From a phage, in the sequence record PZ150741.1: a DNA stretch of 48,243 nt; one strand, written 5' to 3'. Under the pieces are notes generated by a model. The model was not told the origin of the DNA, ran no database searches, and saw only the letters and a list, made by a program, of their open reading frames with translations. Numbering within the stretch: the first letter of the stretch is position 1; the number at the start of each line of letters is the position of its first letter. The position numbers and the translations under genes are program-made. This document shows positions 42,476-48,243 of this stretch, one piece after another.

Positions 42476-42506
42476 ACCGGGCAGGCTTAAGGCCTGCCCT
42501 TTAGTT
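42476..42506 (+). terminator. terminator hairpin GGGCAGGC-TTAAG-GCCTGCCC plus TTTAGTT inside control region
   Basis: 8-bp perfect stem plus T-rich tail; no annotated upstream + strand gene. Confidence 0.5.
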
Positions 42507-42571
42507 ACCAAGTAATAAGAATAAAGGCACAACCTTCCCTAAAGAATCACAACGGCAACGTAACTATTCTC

Positions 42572-42600
42572 TTGCACACCCCAACATAATAGGATACTAT
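42572..42600 (+). promoter_or_regulatory. sigma70-like promoter (TTGCAC-17 bp-TACTAT)
   Basis: TTGCACACCCCAACATAATAGGATACTAT; followed by AACGAGACAGAGGAG leader and ATG 42635. Confidence 0.65.
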
Positions 42601-42634
42601 TCACTTATCGAAACGAGACAGAGGAGTGAGGGTT

Positions 42635-42820
42635 ATGTTTAAGAAGGGTCAGTTGGTGAAAACGAAAGATTACGGTTATTACGGTGTTATCGAACAAATT
42701 TCAAATGATGTTATCGGGATGTACTACATCTATATACCTGACGGGCGTTTCGGTAAGTGGTGCTTTGGCGATGAGATAACACTAATCGGCAACAATTTTA
42801 AATTCAAAGGGGCGAAGTGA
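42635..42820 (+). CDS. hypothetical small protein (61 aa)
   Basis: Track ORF 42626-42820; ATG at 42635 after GAGGAGTGAGGG. Confidence 0.5.
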   Translation: MFKKGQLVKTKDYGYYGVIEQISNDVIGMYYIYIPDGRFGKWCFGDEITLIGNNFKFKGAK

Positions 42821-43059
42821 TGCAAATCATAATTACAGATAACACAGTTTCCTACGAAAAAGGTGACGACGATACTTTGGAAAGCATAGGTGTAAATATA
42901 GGTGACGTTTTCGAGGTGCTTGGTCCTGTATCAGGCGGATGGTGGATTAAGGTTGGGCGCTACAAAGTTCCGGTAAGTAAAGCCGAAGCGGAAATACACA
43001 CAACGGCATCGAATCACGATGCTCGTGCCGACGACTCTGAGGGAGGTTGCCGTGAATAA
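42820..43059 (+). CDS. hypothetical protein (79 aa)
   Basis: Track ORF 42817-43059; ATG 42820 overlaps upstream stop. Confidence 0.45.
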   Translation: MQIIITDNTVSYEKGDDDTLESIGVNIGDVFEVLGPVSGGWWIKVGRYKVPVSKAEAEIHTTASNHDARADDSEGGCRE

Positions 43060-43119
43060 TTACCCGTTTATTTTAATCATCAGCGCCGTTTATGCGGTGC
43101 ACGCGTTGTGGGGGTTGTT

Positions 43120-43263
43120 ATGAGAGAAGCATTTGAACGGTGGGCCGTCGTCGAGGGGCTGCCGGTTAACAAGGGTTCAAAGAAAGAGTACCTGAACGTC
43201 AAGACGCGTCTCGCGTGGCGGGCGTGGAAAGCCGGGGTGTTGTCTGTGATGAATAAGGGGTGA
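43120..43263 (+). CDS. hypothetical small protein (47 aa)
   Basis: ATG at 43120; Trp/Arg-rich; below track cutoff. Confidence 0.3.
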   Translation: MREAFERWAVVEGLPVNKGSKKEYLNVKTRLAWRAWKAGVLSVMNKG

Positions 43264-43266
43264 GAT

Positions 43267-43464
43267 ATGAGTGAATGGATTAAGTGCAGTGAGCGGATGC
43301 CAGGTGATTTTGAAGATGTTCTGGTTACTGATGGGGTCTATGTAGAAGTTATGTGGTTAGATTGTGATGGGTATTGGGATAGTCGGGTAGAGTCGTGGGC
43401 GGTTACGGTGGACCGGGAAGATATAACACACTGGATGCCGTTACCAGAGCCGCCGGAAGTGTGA
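43267..43464 (+). CDS. hypothetical protein, DUF551-like (tentative)
   Basis: Track ORF; C-terminal WMPLPEPP resembles small phage DUF551 proteins. Confidence 0.45.
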   Translation: MSEWIKCSERMPGDFEDVLVTDGVYVEVMWLDCDGYWDSRVESWAVTVDREDITHWMPLPEPPEV

Positions 43465-43495
43465 TGTTCAATAGTTTGGGATTTTACTGAGTGAC

Positions 43496-43530
43496 TTACG
43501 CTGCTACACAGCAGCGTATCATTTTTCTCA
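43496..43530 (+). terminator. rho-independent terminator ACGCTGC-TACACA-GCAGCGT plus T-runs
   Basis: 7-bp stem followed by ATCATTTTTCTCATTTTT; immediately upstream of repeat/promoter. Confidence 0.7.
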
Positions 43531-43611
43531 TTTTTGTTCTATTTCACGAAACGCAACAATTGAAGCTACTATTGCAGGAGATGCAACAATACAAACACCA
43601 ATAAAATTTAC

Positions 43612-43640
43612 TTGCACACTAAGATAGAATATGCTACTAT
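43612..43640 (+). promoter_or_regulatory. sigma70-like promoter, copy of 36-64
   Basis: Duplicate within repeat. Confidence 0.6.
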
Positions 43641-43670
43641 TCATTTACACAAACGAGAGGAGAGGCAGAT

Positions 43671-43820
43671 ATGGTTACTTTGATGGTTATGGAGTTCGAA
43701 AACAGCACCGCAACTTACCGCGAGATGACTATGGCGCAGGCGTATCACCTGGCCTCAAACGGCAACTTCTACAAGGCCCAAATCATCAACGAGTTCGGGG
43801 TAATTGACTATGAATTTTAA
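43671..43820 (+). CDS. hypothetical small protein (copy of 95-244)
   Basis: Duplicate within repeat. Confidence 0.45.
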   Translation: MVTLMVMEFENSTATYREMTMAQAYHLASNGNFYKAQIINEFGVIDYEF

Positions 43821-44082
43821 CAGTTACACCGTTACCGTTGATTTTGAGGGGCTGGAGCTGCCCCTCCCTAACAACTACCGGTATATCTCACGCGACTGTA
43901 ACGGGTTTATTCAGGGGTGGCGGAACAAACCGACAGATACTGAGTTCGGGATGTCTGGCGGGGAAGAGTTGCCGATCACTTTCGGACATCAGAGTAGCAA
44001 CGAAGAACTTAAAACCGTGATTCGTAAGTATCGCCGCCGCGGTAACACCGGACTTATAGCAATAACAGGCGCGGTTGAATAA
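43810..44082 (+). CDS. hypothetical protein (copy of 234-506)
   Basis: Duplicate within repeat. Confidence 0.5.
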   Translation: MNFNSYTVTVDFEGLELPLPNNYRYISRDCNGFIQGWRNKPTDTEFGMSGGEELPITFGHQSSNEELKTVIRKYRRRGNTGLIAITGAVE

Positions 44083-44101
44083 ACGAGAGGAGAGACAGAA
44101 G

Positions 44102-44320
44102 ATGTTCCTGGAATGCAAATCCTATGAAGGCTATTGGGCGCTGACCAAAAACGACCTGTACCACCTCAAAGAAGACGGCGACGAGAGCCGCTGCTACATA
44201 ATAGACGACAATGGCACTGAACTTGATGTCTATTACACCGGGTATGGTCGATGGGCGTTATTGGCGGACGATGACTTTGTGTTCGAAGAATATAACGGAG
44301 AGGAGCCAGAAGATGAGTAA
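44102..44320 (+). CDS. hypothetical protein (copy of 526-744)
   Basis: Duplicate within repeat. Confidence 0.5.
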   Translation: MFLECKSYEGYWALTKNDLYHLKEDGDESRCYIIDDNGTELDVYYTGYGRWALLADDDFVFEEYNGEEPEDE

Positions 44321-44915
44321 CAAAAACGAAGTATTAGAATACCTGATTGACCAGCTACGGCAGCAGCTACCGGTAGTAGATGTAATGGGTGAAATAAAAC
44401 GGTGGAGCATAGACCGTAGTATTGCTGGCCGAGGTAACTATACCGAAGAGGAAAACGCCGTAATCGATGCTTACATCGGCCTGGAGCACAACCCATACAA
44501 GCAACAGTGCGAAGACCTGGCACATGAGGTGCAGTCACTCAAGAATCAGTTACGCGACGCTTCGGCGCTGGTGGCTGAGTTACAGAGCGACAACATTAAG
44601 AAATCTGAGCACATATCGCACCTGTCGGAACTGGTGGACGAGTTGATGGGGACTATAACGTTAATGAACGGGGACGTTGAGGCTTACAAAGTTCTACGCA
44701 AAGGTGGGTACGTGCCTGAGCAATCCGGTTGCCGTAAGGACGATACCCAGGAATGCGAGCATGAGTGGCGATGTGTGGTAGTTTTTGGGAATAGACTTGG
44801 GACCCCGTATTGCCGTAAATGTGGTGCGGCTAAACCTGAAGAATGCAAGCACGAATGGCAATTTTACGGAGTCGGGTTTCCTTGTATGTGCCTTAAATGC
44901 GGGTTAAAGAAATGA
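44314..44915 (+). CDS. zinc-ribbon-like protein (copy of 738-1339)
   Basis: Duplicate within repeat. Confidence 0.5.
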
Positions 44916-45115
44916 CCAGCATCCTTTTTATCTGGGTACTGTCTGCAGGTCAGATGCATCTGGCGGCATCAGAAACGTTTTACTCGATGGAGGCGTGCCG
45001 GTCAGCGGCACGCGCCGCAGAGAACGCACACTTCCTGTTTCAGGGCGACAAGCCCAACGATTCAGAGGTACGCGCTATCTGCTCACCTAAGCGACTTGGT
45101 AAACAGGAGAAGTGA
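44912..45115 (+). CDS. hypothetical small protein (copy of 1336-1539)
   Basis: Duplicate within repeat. Confidence 0.4.
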   Translation: MTSILFIWVLSAGQMHLAASETFYSMEACRSAARAAENAHFLFQGDKPNDSEVRAICSPKRLGKQEK

Positions 45116-45117
45116 TT

Positions 45118-45366
45118 ATGGTTAAATTATACGCAGAGCGCGATTTAGAAATGCTCGACATGACTAACAATTACTATTCAAGACATGTGATGGCTATGAC
45201 GGAGGAAGGATTGAACAGTAAATCATCTATCGCTGCTGAGTTGGCGTACCGTGACTGGATTATTGATGAACAGCAAAAAGAGTTACAGAAATACAAAGAC
45301 CAGTTCCCGGATTACGTCGAGTGCGCGAACTGTGGGTTGGTCACACATGTGGAAGGGGTAGAGTGA
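45118..45366 (+). CDS. hypothetical protein (copy of 1542-1790)
   Basis: Duplicate within repeat. Confidence 0.45.
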   Translation: MVKLYAERDLEMLDMTNNYYSRHVMAMTEEGLNSKSSIAAELAYRDWIIDEQQKELQKYKDQFPDYVECANCGLVTHVEGVE

Positions 45367-45368
45367 TT

Positions 45369-45587
45369 ATGATATTCAGAGACCGTAGCAGCTTAAGAAC
45401 ACCGGATTGTCCTACGTTCGAGTTCGAAGACAAAGACGGAGATGTATGCTGTATTCAATTTTATAGAGACGATGAAGGTGAGTGCGGGCTTGTAGAGTTG
45501 CAGGTTTACAGTGAAACCGGTTGTGTTGTATTAAGTGCAGATGATGCGGAATCACTAGCTCGTAAGATACTTGAGGGCGTTAAATGA
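45369..45587 (+). CDS. hypothetical protein (copy of 1793-2011)
   Basis: Duplicate within repeat. Confidence 0.45.
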   Translation: MIFRDRSSLRTPDCPTFEFEDKDGDVCCIQFYRDDEGECGLVELQVYSETGCVVLSADDAESLARKILEGVK

Positions 45588-45877
45588 GCCTCGCAACTGA
45601 CATCCTGAAACGAAGCGGCCTTGCGCCGCTGTCACCGAGAGCGAACACCCAAATATACAAGCGCCGCCGTAATGCGCTGTACCCCGAGATTCAGGCCAGA
45701 CGCAAAGCTATCCGCGCCTGTGGATTCCAGAACGGGAAGGCCGTGAATCTCGGTGAGTTTAAAACACAGGAACGCGCAGCAATCGCTAACCGGTTATTTA
45801 ATTACTGGAAATCGCTGGGGTACGATGATATTCCGACGAAACCACAGAGACGACAATACATCTGGAGACACAAATAA
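45584..45877 (+). CDS. hypothetical basic protein (copy of 2008-2301)
   Basis: Duplicate within repeat. Confidence 0.45.
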   Translation: MSLATDILKRSGLAPLSPRANTQIYKRRRNALYPEIQARRKAIRACGFQNGKAVNLGEFKTQERAAIANRLFNYWKSLGYDDIPTKPQRRQYIWRHK

Positions 45878-45952
45878 ACAACTATTAGGATAATTCCTAC
45901 CCGTGGTATCCTCCAGTTACTGCATACTTAATACGCACCTGGAGGATTCATC

Positions 45953-46261
45953 TTGGATAAATTTACTGAAACAGTGACAGGCTGGCTTCTAGCTGCCGCG
46001 CTCGCCGGAGGGGTAATCGGACTACGACAACATAAGTCCGTTATTTCTGGCCCCACCGACGGCTTCTGCTTTATTGCTACTGGCTTCACTTGCGCCGTAT
46101 TTGGTGCACCTCTTGCCGCTCAATGGTTCGGAATCACGGGCGACCGTGAAATCGCCGGGTTGGGCTTCATTATCGCTGTTCTCTGGATGCCTATCTATTC
46201 CCGTCTATCCAGTATCGTAGCCGGGGAATACATCGCACGTCGAGGAGGCACAGATGAATGA
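45953..46261 (+). CDS. holin-like membrane protein (copy of 2377-2685)
   Basis: Duplicate within repeat. Confidence 0.45.
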   Translation: MDKFTETVTGWLLAAALAGGVIGLRQHKSVISGPTDGFCFIATGFTCAVFGAPLAAQWFGITGDREIAGLGFIIAVLWMPIYSRLSSIVAGEYIARRGGTDE

Positions 46262-46526
46262 GTTATTCTGGTTCGGCGGTATGCTGGCAATCGGGGGCAC
46301 ATCGCTGTTTAATGTGTACCACCCCAGCGTGGACGATGGGTTATTTGGTAGGGTGCTCTATATCCTGACAGCTATCGTCTGCGCCGCCGGATGTATCCAC
46401 TTGCTACAGGGCAGCATGTCCCCGACGCTGCCTGAGACGTTAATCACATTAGTTGCGCTGCGCCAGATTCGCCAGGCGTGGTTGTCATACGGAGGACATA
46501 AGCGTGTCTCGAAATATTTCAGATAA
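46254..46526 (+). CDS. holin/antiholin-like membrane protein (copy of 2678-2950)
   Basis: Duplicate within repeat. Confidence 0.45.
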   Translation: MNELFWFGGMLAIGGTSLFNVYHPSVDDGLFGRVLYILTAIVCAAGCIHLLQGSMSPTLPETLITLVALRQIRQAWLSYGGHKRVSKYFR

Positions 46527-46990
46527 TGGGTTGCATTTTACCGCTGCGTTCGAGGGATTCCGGAACTGCGTATCGTGCTACGCCGAACGAGAAGTACCTG
46601 ACTATAGGCTATGGAAGCTACGGTCCGCATGTTAAGGCGGGGCAAACCATCACGCCTGGTCAGGGCTTACTATTACTTAATCGCGATATGGCTAAAGCCG
46701 TAGTTGCGGTTGATGCGGCGGCGCACCACTCATTGACACAGGCGCAGTTCGATGCAGTGTGCGACCTGGTGTATAACGCGGGTGCCGGAGTGATTGCGGC
46801 TACTACTGGCACAGGTAAGGCACTGCGTTCTGGCGATATTGCGACACTGCGGGCTAAGCTGGCGCTGTTCATCAACCAGAACGGCAAACCGTTACTTGGC
46901 TTACGTCGTCGCGTAGCTGGTCGCCTGGCGCTGTTCGACGGTAAACCGTGGCAGGAGGCGGAGGCTATTGGACGTGCGGTGAAAGGTTGA
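46504..46990 (+). pseudogene. endolysin copy disrupted by 2-bp deletion (frameshift)
   Basis: Relative to 2928-3416, CGCG becomes CG at 46561; reading frame breaks after FEGFR; track splits it into 46453-46635 and 46526-46990. Confidence 0.8.
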
Positions 46991-47054
46991 CACATAAGAC
47001 TAATCCGACGATACTTAAATCACCTCCTGCTCCATCCCTCTGCTCTCCAGTTTT

Positions 47055-47085
47055 ATCCCGGCCCTGACCCAGCCGGGATTTTTTT
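47055..47085 (+). terminator. terminator copy with T7 instead of T8
   Basis: Same hairpin as 3481-3512, one T shorter. Confidence 0.8.
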
Positions 47086-47107
47086 ATCTATTTTCTGTAA
47101 TGAATAG

Positions 47108-47136
47108 TTGACTATTACTCTGACCCCAATTATATT
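47108..47136 (+). promoter_or_regulatory. sigma70-like promoter, copy of 3535-3563
   Basis: Duplicate within repeat. Confidence 0.55.
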
Positions 47137-47170
47137 TACTTCATCGACAACGAGAACGGAGTAGAGAGAA

Positions 47171-47419
47171 ATGGGCAACGTATCGACGATAGAAATAACC
47201 GAAGAACTCGAAGATAAATGCATCGCATGGACTATGGATAATGACCCGGTTGCTATGTGTAAATTTCCAATGAAAATCACAGATACCGAAGCATTCAAAG
47301 ACGCACAACTGATGGCACGCATCGCCGTTAGTAACCTGAGCAATAGCATTCCAGCGGACGCGTTCTGGTTCGCCGCAATGCAGACACTGAAAGCAGCTTA
47401 TGCAGGAGAGAAGAAATGA
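47171..47419 (+). CDS. hypothetical protein (copy of 3598-3846)
   Basis: Duplicate within repeat. Confidence 0.5.
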   Translation: MGNVSTIEITEELEDKCIAWTMDNDPVAMCKFPMKITDTEAFKDAQLMARIAVSNLSNSIPADAFWFAAMQTLKAAYAGEKK

Positions 47420-47619
47420 ACAACGTCACCGTTGGCGGCATTTATAAGAGTCGTCACTCTTGGAATGAGGGTGCAAGATTCATTGTAACCGCGGTTGGGT
47501 TGGACCACGTGCTTATCGCGGACCACCCATTGATAAAATTCAATGAATCCTATTTGGAATATTGTGTTGGTAGAAAGGAGTTCGAGACTAAATTTAAGTT
47601 TGCAGGAGAGAAGAAATGA
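47416..47619 (+). CDS. hypothetical protein (copy of 3843-4046)
   Basis: Duplicate within repeat. Confidence 0.5.
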   Translation: MNNVTVGGIYKSRHSWNEGARFIVTAVGLDHVLIADHPLIKFNESYLEYCVGRKEFETKFKFAGEKK

Positions 47620-47774
47620 GTGAACAAGGTCAAGTAAGCCAGCCACTACGAGTAGGCCGTAAAGTCAGTCGCACCCCGTTCCCGACACGCGAGGAACTGA
47701 TGAAACGTAACAGTTTCCCGGGGCCGGACAAGAACAAGTATCTCAATCGTATGTGGGGAGAGCGTAAAGAATGA
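47616..47774 (+). CDS. hypothetical small protein (copy of 4043-4201)
   Basis: Duplicate within repeat. Confidence 0.4.
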   Translation: MSEQGQVSQPLRVGRKVSRTPFPTREELMKRNSFPGPDKNKYLNRMWGERKE

Positions 47775-47941
47775 AAAAGTTAATTGCAGATGTTGAACTC
47801 GGTGATGTTATTCGTATTGATGACGACTACGGCGGCTACGACGTAGTGGTGAAGCACATCGAGTGGGATTCTACGTTGCCATTTGTCACGATTAACCGTG
47901 AAATAATGTTCACTAAAACTGATTGGGTAGAGGTTCGATAA
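47771..47941 (+). CDS. hypothetical small protein (copy of 4198-4368)
   Basis: Duplicate within repeat. Confidence 0.4.
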   Translation: MKKLIADVELGDVIRIDDDYGGYDVVVKHIEWDSTLPFVTINREIMFTKTDWVEVR

Positions 47942-48114
47942 TGACTAACAACGAATACGAGAAACTTAGCGTAGAAGCGGCGACCGGTGAATCTGAAATA
48001 GCGTGGATTGACGCCAACATCGAGCACTACCTACGGCAAGTAGACATCCTTATGGAACGCCGCCGTGAACTGATTAACCGCTTCAACCTGAACAAAGGTG
48101 ACGCCAATGCCTAA
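47941..48114 (+). CDS. hypothetical protein (copy of 4368-4541)
   Basis: Duplicate within repeat. Confidence 0.45.
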   Translation: MTNNEYEKLSVEAATGESEIAWIDANIEHYLRQVDILMERRRELINRFNLNKGDANA

Positions 48115-48243
48115 AATCACAATTGCATCACTAGAGCGCCGTATTCTGGTGCTCGAGTCAGAGAAACAGACGTTAGGCGGTCAACTGTCGATTAACGGCG
48201 AGTTTCAACTGGAGGCGTTTAAGATGCTACTTGAACGCATGAA
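48107..48243 (+). CDS. hypothetical protein, 3'-truncated by window end (copy of 4534-4719)
   Basis: Duplicate within repeat; ORF runs off the window. Confidence 0.4.
   Translation, partial: MPKITIASLERRILVLESEKQTLGGQLSINGEFQLEAFKMLLERM

Larger units (their letters stand above)
43577..48243. repeat. Right copy of 4.67-kb direct repeat (matches 1-4670), truncated by window end
   Basis: Identical to left copy except CG deletion at 46561 (vs 2985-2988) and T7 vs T8 at 47079-47085 (vs 3505-3512). Confidence 0.95.

Noticed and set aside
1-48243. CRISPR array, integrase/attP lysogeny module, toxin-antitoxin pair
   Set aside because: No regularly spaced direct repeats with spacers; no tyrosine or serine recombinase motifs in any ORF; HTH proteins alone do not establish a lysogeny module.

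Overview
The window is essentially one complete tailed-phage genome of about 43.6 kb (siphovirus-like: long tape measure, lambda-type tail tip plus a tailspike), flanked by a 4.67-kb direct repeat (1-4670 = 43577-48243) whose copies differ by a 2-bp and a 1-bp indel. Layout: (i) a rightward early block of small ORFs ending in a lysis cassette (two holin-like membrane proteins and a GH24 endolysin); (ii) a rightward late block (TerS, TerL, portal, MuF-like, Ig-like proteins, overlapped spanin pair, scaffold, major capsid, head-tail joining, major tail, G/GT chaperones, tape measure, tail tip proteins, tailspike); (iii) a leftward replication block (Toprim protein, SNF2 helicase, C5 cytosine methyltransferase, VRR-NUC, family A DNA polymerase, DUF2815-like SSB, Cas4-like DUF2800 nuclease, primase-helicase, AlpA-like HTH) driven by a family of near-consensus sigma70 promoters; (iv) a ~490-bp divergent control region. 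Two reverse-oriented accessory islands with their own promoters sit inside the late region; one encodes an HTH-metallophosphoesterase fusion and is the best candidate for an undescribed accessory or anti-defence function. No tRNA, rRNA, CRISPR array, integrase or transposase was recognised. All calls rest on reading the sequence and ORF track by eye (motifs, gene order, RBS, hairpins); no database search was possible, so family names are motif-based inferences.
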